A DNA stretch of 32,000 bases from Magnetococcales bacterium HHB-1 (GTDB lineage: Bacteria > Pseudomonadota > Magnetococcia > Magnetococcales > JBQGBW01). The stretch covers positions 1 to 32,000 of the forward strand of contig JBQGBW010000022.1 in the NCBI GenBank assembly GCA_052043475.1, in the 5' to 3' direction. Shown here in pieces: positions 1-7,972 of the stretch (the first letter of the stretch is position 1; each line of letters opens with the position of its first letter). The notes below the pieces were generated by a model. The model was not told the origin of the DNA and did no database searches. It saw only the letters and a list, made by a program, of their open reading frames with translations. The position numbers and the translations under genes were made by a program.

Positions 1-297
1 AGGCTCTGGCCAGCAACGTGAAGCGCTTTCTACGCTACCAGTGCGCTCAAATAGCTGGAAAAGCGGAAAAAACAGAGTCAGTTCTTGCATAATGGGGTAA
101 AACTCCCTTCGTTTCACACTGTTTTTTTACCTCAAAAAACGAATCCAGAACGAGTCTGCGGAATTCCAGAACCGGTTATCGAGATTTTTACATCAAACAG
201 TTAACTGGTCAGGAAACACGCCCAAGCTCAAACAGGCTTTTTTCGGAAGACTCACGGCATGGTCTCTATTGTCTGTTATTTGATCACCTATTGGAGG

Positions 298-327
298 ATT
301 ATAACAGAGATATTTTGGTTCTGACAA
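298..327 (-). promoter_or_regulatory. candidate sigma70-type promoter firing leftward (TTGTCA-N18-TATAAT)
   Basis: The minus strand reads TTGTCA (322-327), an 18-nt spacer, then a perfect TATAAT (298-303). It lies 40 nt downstream of the stop of the 368..682 gene. No ORF follows for about 200 nt. The region is AT-rich, so a chance match is possible. Confidence 0.3.
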
Positions 328-367
328 CTTAGAAAATGCGAGATCTATCGATCATTGTGCTTTGTCA

Positions 368-682
368 TCACACAGTTCTTGCTTCCAGGGTGATACCTTC
401 CAGTTCCTGCAATACCTGTAGCAGTTTGAATAAGTTTTTTGAGGTTGGGTTTCCCTTTGATCCAAGCATGCGGTGAACGCTCTTCTCGTTTTTGCCGAGC
501 CTGGATGCCAGAACTGGGAAAGAGGCTGTGGCGTTGACATAGTCCCGGAGATGAGCCCGGCCTGTGTCCATATCTCCAGAGAGAAAGAGGTTTACGGCTT
601 CTAAGAGCATGGCTTGGCGGAATTCCGGTTCTTCACGAGCCCGTTCAAGGATGGTTGTGTGGAACGATCTGGTTGTGGCCAT
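368..682 (-). CDS. XRE/HigA-type HTH protein (antitoxin-like transcriptional regulator), 104 aa
   Basis: I placed the start at ATG 682 because AAGGAG lies 8 nt upstream; the track start at 805 adds 41 unsupported residues. The sequence 'EEPEFRQAMLLEAVNLFLSGDMDTGRAHLRDYVNAT..LASRLGKNEKSVHRMLGSKGNPTSKNLFKLLQVL' matches my recollection of the HigA / addiction-module antidote HTH family (PEF..A.L.EA...GD....LRD...A.G...LA...G....S..RML...GNP....L..L). Confidence 0.75.
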   Translation of the reverse strand: MATTRSFHTTILERAREEPEFRQAMLLEAVNLFLSGDMDTGRAHLRDYVNATASFPVLASRLGKNEKSVHRMLGSKGNPTSKNLFKLLQVLQELEGITLEARTV

Positions 683-831
683 TTTAAAGCTCCTTATGCT
701 TTTTATATATTGTCTACCGTTGGTGCGCGGCGGCGATATCCTGGGATTGTCTCTTCTTTCAACTAAATCAATAGTTATTGGTGCGCAATGGCAAAACATA
801 CGCAAGATTTTAGATCCTTGTTTAATTGATC

Positions 832-1314
832 TTAAATTGATGCCAAGCGTTTCTGTTCCAAGGCAGCATTTTGTCTCCAGGCCGCTTTTGCTACCGCAAC
901 CAGAGTTTTTTCGAACACCTGATGTTTATTTTTCTCATACCATTGTGTCACTTGATAAAGATGCCATAACGGGGAGGGGGCGGTGATAATTGGGGGAGGA
1001 AAGCCTTCTAGTTTGCGGATGTTTTGCCGTGATTGCCCCAGCAGTTTTGCGATGTCACTTAGCGTGACCAAATCTGGCTTAATTTCCAATAACTCCGTGG
1101 TTGGGAACGCTGTTTTGATATTTTCAAGCGCGGATAATATCGCTTGTTCAGCGGATAAGGCGTTTCGATTAAATTCCAGTGCCAATACGCCGCGACGCCC
1201 AGAAAAAACCAAAGCATCATCACACCCTGATTCAAACAGTTTGTCTTCAAAAGTATCGGCATCCCATTCGCTATCAGAAATGGTTAGTACTAATGTGAAT
1301 TCAAACGTTTTCAT
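832..1314 (-). CDS. two-domain DNA-binding protein, 160 aa: unknown N-terminal domain plus C-terminal AlpA/excisionase-type HTH (candidate antitoxin)
   Basis: I placed the start at ATG 1314 (MKTFEFTLVL...), which is preceded by AGGG/GAGA about 8 nt upstream; the track start at 1341 is a TTG. The C-terminal 'VTLSDIAKLLGQSRQNIRKLEGFPPPIITAPSPLWHLYQVTQWYEKN' fits the AlpA/HTH_17 pattern (HTH, then F-P-x-P ... W ... V..W). The gene overlaps the upstream 82-aa ORF by 14 nt. Confidence 0.7.
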   Translation of the reverse strand: MKTFEFTLVLTISDSEWDADTFEDKLFESGCDDALVFSGRRGVLALEFNRNALSAEQAILSALENIKTAFPTTELLEIKPDLVTLSDIAKLLGQSRQNIRKLEGFPPPIITAPSPLWHLYQVTQWYEKNKHQVFEKTLVAVAKAAWRQNAALEQKRLASI

Positions 1315-1549
1315 TTCTCTTACCCTTTGAGCAACCATCAACAGCTTGGATAATTCTTTTTGCGTGTGTTATCGGATTTCTAGGCGTTGACCACACGGAC
1401 ATACGACAGTAAACGCCGCCGCGACAATGATTATTTGTTGGACAATGAAGCCTTCCAAAGGCGTGTCCGCGACCTTCTTTGAAATGCCATCCGCGCTCAA
1501 TTGCGTACTCAATGGCTTTTCGAATTTCCTTATTCGCATGCCTTCTCAT
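1301..1549 (-). CDS. small basic Cys/His-rich protein, 82 aa, HicA/YcfA-like arrangement (candidate toxin)
   Basis: The ORF starts at ATG 1549 and lies 20 nt downstream of a TTGACA-N16-TATGAT promoter. Its elements are 'KEIRKAIEYAIERGW', 'GRGHAFGRL' and 'STPRNPITHAKRIIQAV', in the same order as the HicA helix / G-H strand / P..P helix. These are interrupted by a CPTNNHCRGGVYC insert. The family assignment is inferred, not searched. Confidence 0.6.
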   Translation of the reverse strand: MRRHANKEIRKAIEYAIERGWHFKEGRGHAFGRLHCPTNNHCRGGVYCRMSVWSTPRNPITHAKRIIQAVDGCSKGKRNENV

Positions 1550-1569
1550 AAATCTTTATTCTAACCTGT

Positions 1570-1597
1570 ATCATATCAAAAAGCGTGTAGTTGTCAA
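1570..1597 (-). promoter_or_regulatory. near-consensus sigma70 promoter for the 82-aa/160-aa cassette
   Basis: The minus strand reads TTGACA (1592-1597), a 16-nt spacer, then TATGAT (1570-1575). The ATG at 1549 lies 20 nt past the -10 element, which implies a 5' UTR of about 13 nt with no Shine-Dalgarno sequence. Confidence 0.6.
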
Positions 1598-1615
1598 GCG
1601 ACAACTACACGCTTT
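1580..1615. promoter_or_regulatory. perfect 14-bp inverted repeat (16 bp with A/T flanks): candidate operator and/or second intrinsic terminator after rplQ
   Basis: AGCGTGTAGTTGTC (1582-1595), spacer AAGC, GACAACTACACGCT (1600-1613). The -35 hexamer above sits at the centre of the repeat. As minus-strand RNA this would be a 14-bp stem with a GCUU loop followed by UUUUU. Confidence 0.7.
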
Positions 1616-1673
1616 GATTTTAAACTGTGGTATCTAATCGGAGAAAAGCCGCTGGCATAATCGTATTAAACGC

Positions 1674-1710
1674 AAAAAAAAGCCCTCACAAACAAGCAAG
1701 GGCTTTTTTT
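1674..1710 (-). terminator. bidirectional Rho-independent terminator ending the rpoA-rplQ transcription unit
   Basis: A7-AGCCCT (1681-1686), a 12-nt loop, AGGGCT (1699-1704), then T6. On the minus strand the GC-rich stem is followed by 7-8 U residues, 37 nt after the rplQ stop. Confidence 0.75.
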
Positions 1711-1746
1711 GAAAAAAAATATGTCGTCATTTTAAAAATTAACGAT

Positions 1747-2109
1747 CTAATCTTCTCTTTCAACCAACTCAATAATTGACATTGGTGCGCAATCGCCATA
1801 GCGATACCCTGTTTTAAGGATGCGGGTGTATCCACCAGGGCGGTCTTTATTACGCTCGGCAATATCGGTAAAGAGTTTATGTACGATTCCTGTATCTGGA
1901 AGCATACGTAGAGCACGGCGGCGGGCGTGAAGATCGCCACGTTTGCCCAAGGTAACCATTTTATCCGCAAGTTTGCGCAGCTCTTTGGCTTTGGGCAGCG
2001 TTGTCCGGATGCGCTCATGCTCAAAGAGACTATGCAGCATATTTCGGAACATCGCTTTGCGATGGGGCGTGGTACGGTTTAGCCGACGGCCACTTTTACG
2101 GTGTCTCAT
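1747..2109 (-). CDS. rplQ: 50S ribosomal protein L17
   Basis: 120 aa. The N-terminus '[24 protein letters not shown]' is the L17 signature, and the gene follows rpoA. Confidence 0.97.
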   Translation of the reverse strand: MRHRKSGRRLNRTTPHRKAMFRNMLHSLFEHERIRTTLPKAKELRKLADKMVTLGKRGDLHARRRALRMLPDTGIVHKLFTDIAERNKDRPGGYTRILKTGYRYGDCAPMSIIELVERED

Positions 2110-2124
2110 GGAAGCAGCCTCAAG

Positions 2125-3150
2125 TTAGAAGTTCTCTTCTTCAAACTGTTTAGAGAGATCCTCGATATTTTCAGGAGGCCAACTTTCGAGCGTAATGCCT
2201 AAGGAGAGATTCATCTCTTCGAGAACCTCTTTAATTTCGTTAAGCGACTTACGGCCAAAGTTTGGCGTCTTGAGCATCTCAGATTCTGATTTTTGCACCA
2301 GATCGCCGATATAGACGATATCGTCATTTTTAAGGCAATTGGCGGAGCGAACAGAGAGTTCCAGTTCATCGACCTTACGGAAGAGGTTGGGATTCCATTT
2401 CTGTTCTTTTTTCTCTTCTTTGGGTTCTGCAATCGGCAGATCATCAAAGTTGATGAAGGGGTTCAGCTGATCTTGCAGAATTTTCGCAGCAAAAGCGAGG
2501 GCATCCTCAGGGGTGACCACACCGTTGGTTTCGATATCCATGATTAATTTATCATGGTCGGTCTGTTGGCCAACGCGCGCGTTCTCCACCCGATAAGCGA
2601 CACGCTTTACCGGATTATAGCTGGCATCAATGGGAATTTCCCCGATATCCACGCCATCTTTTCTGGTCACCTGATCGGCCCGGACATAGCCTTTACCGGA
2701 GGTGACCTCCATGGTGATATCGAGTTTTCCGCTTTTATTGAGTGTCGCAATATGGTGCTCAGGATTTAAGATTTCGAGATCCGCACCGCACTCAATCATG
2801 CCCGCACGTACTTCGCCCTCTTTTTCTGATTTAAGATGGACTGTTTTCGGCCCTTCACCATCCATACGGATCGCAAGACCTTTAATATTAAGGATAATAT
2901 CGGTCACATCTTCCAGAACACCAGGTATGCTGGAAAACTCATGCAGAACGCTTTCGATCTTAACGGAGGTGACTGCTGCGCCCTGCAAAGAGGAGAGCAG
3001 TACACGACGCAGGGCATTACCCAGCGTGGTGCCAAAACCGCGTTCTAGAGGTTCTGCAATCAGTTGAGCTTTATATTGTTGATCATCGCCACCGACCAGA
3101 TCAATGGTCTGAGGTTTAATCAGTTCGGTCCAGTTCCTATGCATCGACAT
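2125..3150 (-). CDS. rpoA: DNA-directed RNA polymerase subunit alpha
   Basis: I placed the start at ATG 3150 ([13 protein letters not shown]) with GAGGAG 6 nt upstream; the track start at 3168 is a TTG. The N-terminal domain contains '[18 protein letters not shown]' and the C-terminal domain contains '[11 protein letters not shown]'. Confidence 0.97.
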   Translation of the reverse strand: MSMHRNWTELIKPQTIDLVGGDDQQYKAQLIAEPLERGFGTTLGNALRRVLLSSLQGAAVTSVKIESVLHEFSSIPGVLEDVTDIILNIKGLAIRMDGEGPKTVHLKSEKEGEVRAGMIECGADLEILNPEHHIATLNKSGKLDITMEVTSGKGYVRADQVTRKDGVDIGEIPIDASYNPVKRVAYRVENARVGQQTDHDKLIMDIETNGVVTPEDALAFAAKILQDQLNPFINFDDLPIAEPKEEKKEQKWNPNLFRKVDELELSVRSANCLKNDDIVYIGDLVQKSESEMLKTPNFGRKSLNEIKEVLEEMNLSLGITLESWPPENIEDLSKQFEEENF

Positions 3151-3180
3151 TGTTTTCTCCTCAACCAAAACGAGGCCGTT

Positions 3181-3807
3181 CTATTTGGAGTACAACTCGA
3201 CGATCAGGTTTTCATTGAAGTCGGATGGCAGTTCACTCCGGTCAGGCGTATTGCGGAAGTGGCCACTCATTTTTTGGGCATCCACTTCGACCCATGAGGG
3301 TAGACTCCGTTTCAATGCATTTTCCAGAGCGCCTTTGATCCGTAAGTGATCTTTCGCCTTATCGGTGATTGAGACCATATCGCCAGGTTTCACCTGATAG
3401 GAAGCGACATTTACTTTACGATCATTGACCTTGATATGTCGGTGGACAACAATCTGTCTGGCTTCATTTCGGGAGGCGGCAAAGCCCATCCGATAAACCA
3501 CATTATCCAATCGACGCTCCAGCAGAGTCAGCAGGTTTTCACCTGTAACTCCGCGCATTTGTGCAGCTTTTTTGAAATAGTTACGGAACTGTTTCTCCGG
3601 CAGGCCGTAGGTGCGTTTAATCTTCTGTTTTTCACGAAGATGAACACCATAATCAGAAACCTTCCGCCGTCTTTGTCCATGTTGGCCAGGAGGATAGTTC
3701 CGGTGTTCAATTGCACATTTATCGGAGTAACATTTTTCGCCTTTCAGGAAAAGCTTGACCATTTCCCGCCGGCACAGCCGACATTTGGAACCTAGATAGC
3801 GGGCCAT
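3181..3807 (-). CDS. rpsD: 30S ribosomal protein S4 (four-Cys zinc form)
   Basis: 208 aa. The N-terminus '[31 protein letters not shown]' carries four Cys, and a C-terminal S4 domain is present. Confidence 0.97.
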   Translation of the reverse strand: MARYLGSKCRLCRREMVKLFLKGEKCYSDKCAIEHRNYPPGQHGQRRRKVSDYGVHLREKQKIKRTYGLPEKQFRNYFKKAAQMRGVTGENLLTLLERRLDNVVYRMGFAASRNEARQIVVHRHIKVNDRKVNVASYQVKPGDMVSITDKAKDHLRIKGALENALKRSLPSWVEVDAQKMSGHFRNTPDRSELPSDFNENLIVELYSK

Positions 3808-3843
3808 TTCCTTTGCTTTCTCCTCATTATCCTTATTAGCGCA

Positions 3844-4236
3844 CTAGACACGGCGCCGTTTCGGGGGACGACATCCGTTATGCGGGATGGGGGTTACGTC
3901 CTGAACCTGAGATATATTAAACCCAATACCAGCAAGTGCACGCAGTGCGGATTCACGACCGGAGCCAGGACCTTTTAAGCGCACTTCCAAGTTACGCATG
4001 CCGTGATCCTGTGCTTTACGTCCAGCCGTTTCAGCGGCGACTTGAGCGGCAAAGGGGGTGGATTTCCGTGATCCTTTAAAACCTTGAGAACCCGCTGAGC
4101 CCCAGGAGATAACATTACCCTGAGTATCGGTGATGGTTACCAAAGTATTATTGAATGTGGATTTGATATGGGCGATACCGCTGGCAATATTCTTGCGTTC
4201 TTTTCTTTTGCCGCGGGAGCCGTGGCCTCTCGCCAT
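3844..4236 (-). CDS. rpsK: 30S ribosomal protein S11
   Basis: 130 aa, containing '[22 protein letters not shown]' and ending '[13 protein letters not shown]'. Confidence 0.97.
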   Translation of the reverse strand: MARGHGSRGKRKERKNIASGIAHIKSTFNNTLVTITDTQGNVISWGSAGSQGFKGSRKSTPFAAQVAAETAGRKAQDHGMRNLEVRLKGPGSGRESALRALAGIGFNISQVQDVTPIPHNGCRPPKRRRV

Positions 4237-4270
4237 AAATTCCTCCTAAGAGATCTATAATAAAGATCTA

Positions 4271-4639
4271 TTATTTTTTCTTCCCGGCGATAGGCTTACG
4301 GGGGCCTTTCCGAGTACGCGCATTGGTGTGTGTTCTTTGTCCCCGGGCGGGCAGGCCACGACGATGACGGATACCCCGATAGGTACCTAAATCCATCAGC
4401 CGTTTTAGATTCATAGCCACCTGGCGACGAAGGTCACCTTCCACCGTGCAGCTATTATCGATGATGGCCCTAATCTTTGCCACATCCGCATCAGTCAACT
4501 GATGCCCGCGGGTATCTGGGGAGATTCCTGCTTCTTGCAGAATTTTCAACGCGGTATGACGCCCAATACCATAGATATAGGTGAGGGCGATTTCCATACG
4601 TTTATTAACGGGTATGTTGACGCCAGCGAGTCGAGCCAC
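4271..4639 (-). CDS. rpsM: 30S ribosomal protein S13
   Basis: 122 aa, with a GTG start at 4639 and GGAGG 6 nt upstream. '(M)ARLAGVNIP...[34 protein letters not shown]' is close to E. coli S13. Confidence 0.97.
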   Translation of the reverse strand: MARLAGVNIPVNKRMEIALTYIYGIGRHTALKILQEAGISPDTRGHQLTDADVAKIRAIIDNSCTVEGDLRRQVAMNLKRLMDLGTYRGIRHRRGLPARGQRTHTNARTRKGPRKPIAGKKK

Positions 4640-4672
4640 CGTATTCCTCCGTCTCTTTCTCTTTTCCGCCGA

Positions 4673-4789
4673 TTATCCTTGGCGCTGTTTATGCTTGGGA
4701 TTCTTTGTACAGATTACCCAAACGACACCTTTCCGGCGAATGGTCTTACAATCTTTACAGATCCTTTTTACCGAAGCCCGAACTTTCAT
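4673..4789 (-). CDS. rpmJ: 50S ribosomal protein L36 (zinc form)
   Basis: Not in the ORF track. Hand translation gives [38 protein letters not shown] (38 aa) with the CxxC...C....H motif. Confidence 0.95.
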   Translation of the reverse strand: MKVRASVKRICKDCKTIRRKGVVWVICTKNPKHKQRQG

Positions 4790-4981
4790 TAGAAAACTCC
4801 GTGAGATCTAAATATGAATTTAAGAGAGCTTGAAATTTAGCACAATTTTAAGCGCCCTCATACGATAATTTATAAAAAATCTTGATTTTTTTTAAGATGC
4901 TAAAAAACAACCTGTTACAAATCCCAAAGTGTTAAACATTCAAGATCCATATCAGAGTATTTTTTAGACCTTAAAACACGC

Positions 4982-6316
4982 CTACCTTCTTCGACCGCGA
5001 AGTTTGGTCTTCCTTACCAAGCCTTCATACTGTCGGCTGATCAGGAAAGATTGAATCTGCGCGGCGGTATCCATGGTGACCCCCACAATAATGAGGATTG
5101 ATGTACCACCAAAGTAGAAGGGAACATTATAATTTGCGATCAAGATCTCAGGTAACAGACAGACTGCGGCGACATAGATGGCACCCACAAAGGTTAATCG
5201 GGTTAAAATCCGATCAAGAAACTCAGAGGTGCGTTTGCCGGGCCGGATTCCTGGAATAAAACCACCATATTTCCGCAAATTATCCGCTGTCTCTTCAGGG
5301 TTGAAGACCAAAGCCGTATAGAAGAAGCAGAAAAAGATGATCGCCAGGGCGTACATAACCATATAGAGGATATGTCCGGGAGAGAGATAGGCTGCCGCCG
5401 TTTTTAGCCAATCCCAAGGGGCAAAGTTTGCAATGGTGACAGGAAAGAGGATAATCGAGCTGGCGAAGATTGGCGGAATCACCCCCGCAGTATTCACCTT
5501 TAAGGGCAGATGGGTATTTTCACCCCCCACCATACGCCGATTTCCAACCTGTCTCTTTGCATACTGAATTGGAATGCGCCGTTGAGCGCGCTCCATGAAG
5601 ATAATAAAAGCGGTTACCGCAACCGACATCACCAGTAAGAACAGCACAAACAGCGGGGAGAGATCTCCTGTACGCGCCAGTTGTAGTGTGTTTACCAGGG
5701 CTATGGGGAGGTTAGCGACAATACCAGCATAGATAATCAGGGAGATGCCGTTACCGATGCCTCTGTGGGTGATTTGCTCACCAACCCACATGATAAAAGC
5801 GGTTCCAGAGGTTAACGTGAGTACGGTCATCAACCGGAAGTTCCAGCCGGGATCCACCACCACAGGCATTCCGCCGGCACGCATCGATTCAAGACCGTAA
5901 GCGATACCAAATCCTTGAAATACCGCGAGAACAATGGTTCCGTAGCGTGTATACTGGCTGATTTTCCGTCGGCCCGACTCCCCCTCTTTTTTTAGCGCCT
6001 CCAGTTTAGGAAAGACGCTGGTCATCAACTGCATGATGATCGAGGCGGAGATGTAGGGCATAATCCCTAAAGCGAACACGGTCAGACGCGAGAGCGCGCC
6101 ACCGGAGAACATATTAAACATTCCCAGCAGCGTGCCTTGTTGCTGTGCAAAAAAGGCGGCTAAGGCATTGGGATCGATCCCTGGTGTGGGGACATGAGCA
6201 CCGATACGATAGACCACCAGCATTCCCAATGTAAAGAGAATACGTTTTCTCAGTTCAGGAATTTTTGCAAGATTATCCAGTCCTGCCATAGGTGATTGCG
6301 CATACCCAACGGCCAT
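4982..6316 (-). CDS. secY: preprotein translocase subunit SecY
   Basis: 444 aa, polytopic. '[31 protein letters not shown]' and '[16 protein letters not shown]' are near-identical to E. coli SecY motifs. Confidence 0.97.
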   Translation of the reverse strand: MAVGYAQSPMAGLDNLAKIPELRKRILFTLGMLVVYRIGAHVPTPGIDPNALAAFFAQQQGTLLGMFNMFSGGALSRLTVFALGIMPYISASIIMQLMTSVFPKLEALKKEGESGRRKISQYTRYGTIVLAVFQGFGIAYGLESMRAGGMPVVVDPGWNFRLMTVLTLTSGTAFIMWVGEQITHRGIGNGISLIIYAGIVANLPIALVNTLQLARTGDLSPLFVLFLLVMSVAVTAFIIFMERAQRRIPIQYAKRQVGNRRMVGGENTHLPLKVNTAGVIPPIFASSIILFPVTIANFAPWDWLKTAAAYLSPGHILYMVMYALAIIFFCFFYTALVFNPEETADNLRKYGGFIPGIRPGKRTSEFLDRILTRLTFVGAIYVAAVCLLPEILIANYNVPFYFGGTSILIIVGVTMDTAAQIQSFLISRQYEGLVRKTKLRGRRR

Positions 6317-6319
6317 AAT

Positions 6320-6790
6320 CTACCCCTCGCTACTGGCATCAGCGTCATCACTTGTGACAACCTGACCCCCGACCGCTTCAACCTTTTTGATCGCTGCGGC
6401 CGATGCTTTATCCACCTTAATGGTGACGGCTTTACTCAGTTCGCCATCGGAGAGCAGTTTGATCCGTTGGACGCGACGCCCGACGATGCCGACATCTTTC
6501 AGTGCCTGCATATCGATTTTGGCGTCTGCTTCGAAAAACTTCTCCAGATCGCCCACTTTAATGAGGTCGTAGGCCACCCGAAAGCGGTTTTTAAAGCCTC
6601 TTTTAGGCAGACGCCGTTGTAAGGGCATCTGTCCGCCTTCGAAGCCAACCTTATGGAAACCACCAGAACGGGATTTTTGACCTTTCTGTCCGCGTCCAGC
6701 TGTTTTTCCAACACCGCTCCCCATACCGCGCGCTAAACGTCTACGTTTTTGTTTGGTACCGGGAATTTGCGGTAATTCGTTTAATTTCAT
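6320..6790 (-). CDS. rplO: 50S ribosomal protein L15
   Basis: I prefer the start at ATG 6790 (MKLNEL...), which has AGGG 8 nt upstream; ATG 6796 (MIMKLNEL) is an alternative. 'GRGQKGQKSRSGG...FEGGQMPLQRRLPKRGF' is the L15 signature. Confidence 0.95.
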   Translation of the reverse strand: MKLNELPQIPGTKQKRRRLARGMGSGVGKTAGRGQKGQKSRSGGFHKVGFEGGQMPLQRRLPKRGFKNRFRVAYDLIKVGDLEKFFEADAKIDMQALKDVGIVGRRVQRIKLLSDGELSKAVTIKVDKASAAAIKKVEAVGGQVVTSDDADASSEG

Positions 6791-6824
6791 GATCATTGAC
6801 CCTGCAATGATGTTCTTTATCAGT

Positions 6825-7001
6825 CTATTCGACCACTTCGATCAGATGTTGCACTTTAAAGATCATTCCGCGGATAGAAGGATTATCAGGATACTCCTTC
6901 GTCTGTTGGAGTTTTTTCAACCCCAAAGCCTTTAAAGTTTTTTTCTGTCGTTCAGGTCTTCCAATTCCTGAGCGAACCAATTTTACTTTAACGGTAGCCA
7001 T
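6825..7001 (-). CDS. rpmD: 50S ribosomal protein L30
   Basis: Not in the ORF track. Hand translation gives [58 protein letters not shown] (58 aa). It lies between rpsE and rplO as expected. Confidence 0.93.
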   Translation of the reverse strand: MATVKVKLVRSGIGRPERQKKTLKALGLKKLQQTKEYPDNPSIRGMIFKVQHLIEVVE

Positions 7002-7023
7002 GACTTAATTTATCCTTGCAAAT

Positions 7024-7557
7024 CTAAGCACGGATCGACTTTACAGGAAGTCCCCGTTTGGCTGCGATAAACTCTGGCGAACGCACATGAGACAAAGCTT
7101 TAAAGGTGGCTTTGATCATATTGTGCGGATTGGATGTACCAATCGATTTTGCCAGAACATCACGGACACCCAGCGCCTCAAAGACAGGCCGCATCGCACC
7201 ACCGGCGATAATTCCTGTACCTTCAGAAGCGGGGCGAAGCATTACGCGGCCAGCGCTATATTTTGTGGAAATTTCATGGTAGAGTGTCCGACCTTCGCGG
7301 AGGGGGATCTTAACCATATTTTTCCGAGCTTTATCGGTCGCCTTACGAATGCTTTCGGGCACCTCTTTTGCTTTACCCAAGCCGTAGCCAACCCGACCTT
7401 TACCATCGCCAACAACCACAATGGCGGAAAAATTGAATCGGCTACCACCCTTAACCACTTTTGCAGTCCGTTTGATTGCAACGAGCTTCTCAATCAGTTC
7501 TTCCTGCTGCCAGTTGGCGTTCTGTTTTCCGCCTCCGGAGCGGCGAGATTTTGACAT
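7024..7557 (-). CDS. rpsE: 30S ribosomal protein S5
   Basis: 177 aa, containing '[48 protein letters not shown]'. Confidence 0.97.
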   Translation of the reverse strand: MSKSRRSGGGKQNANWQQEELIEKLVAIKRTAKVVKGGSRFNFSAIVVVGDGKGRVGYGLGKAKEVPESIRKATDKARKNMVKIPLREGRTLYHEISTKYSAGRVMLRPASEGTGIIAGGAMRPVFEALGVRDVLAKSIGTSNPHNMIKATFKALSHVRSPEFIAAKRGLPVKSIRA

Positions 7558-7574
7558 TATTCTCTACCTAAACC

Positions 7575-7958
7575 TTAAAATTCCAATCCGCCAGCGCGGG
7601 CGGCTTCCGCCAGCTCGCGGGTTCTTCCATGGAAGAGATAACCTCCGCGGTCAAAAATAACCTGTTTGATATCCGCGGCCAGTGCTTTTTCTGCGATTTT
7701 TTGTCCCACCAGTGTGGCCGCAGCTCTGTTTCCGCCACTGGACCTCTTCTCAAGATCAGTGAGATTGGCTTTTACATCTTTATCCAGCGTACTGGAAGAG
7801 AGAATGGTTTTGCCTTGATCATCATCGATAACCTGAGCATAAATATGCCGAGCACTACGAAAAACAGAAAGACGGTAACGAGATCCACGCACCGAACTGA
7901 CCTTGTAACGAACACGTCGTGCGCGTTTTTTTCTCGCATCGTGCCGATTTTTCGCCAT
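7575..7958 (-). CDS. rplR: 50S ribosomal protein L18
   Basis: 127 aa, containing 'RLSVFRSARHIYAQVIDD' and ending 'FDRGGYLFHGRTRELAEAARAGGLEF'. Confidence 0.97.
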   Translation of the reverse strand: MAKNRHDARKKRARRVRYKVSSVRGSRYRLSVFRSARHIYAQVIDDDQGKTILSSSTLDKDVKANLTDLEKRSSGGNRAAATLVGQKIAEKALAADIKQVIFDRGGYLFHGRTRELAEAARAGGLEF

Positions 7959-7972
7959 GGCGAGAATCCTCC

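Noticed and set aside
1-92. Partial edge ORF: either plus frame 3 (...ALASNVKRFLRYQCAQIAGKAEKTESVLA*, stop 90-92) or minus strand starting at ATG 90 (MQELTLFFPLFQLFERTGSVES...).
   Set aside because: The two readings are mutually exclusive and only about 30 codons are visible. There are no recognisable motifs, and third-position composition does not discriminate between them. It is not reportable as a feature without more sequence.
683-805. N-terminal 41-aa extension of the HigA-like ORF (track start 805); also checked as a possible remnant of a lost toxin gene.
   Set aside because: A strong AAGGAG sits 8 nt before the internal ATG at 682. The extension (MRMFCHCAPITIDLVERRDNPRISPP...) has no resemblance to RelE/HigB C-termini that I can recognise.
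368-1615. A compositional (GC) argument that the cassette is horizontally acquired.
   Set aside because: Hand counts on three 60-nt lines gave 33-55% GC, averaging near the rest of the window. I cannot support a compositional anomaly without computing it.
4790-4981. Specific promoter call for rpmJ/rpsM in the secY-rpmJ gap (for example an extended -10 TGcTAAATT), and tiny ORFs of 11-15 codons.
   Set aside because: Several weak hexamer combinations are possible in this AT-rich stretch, and none has a convincing -35/-10 pair. The mini-ORFs lack a Shine-Dalgarno sequence.
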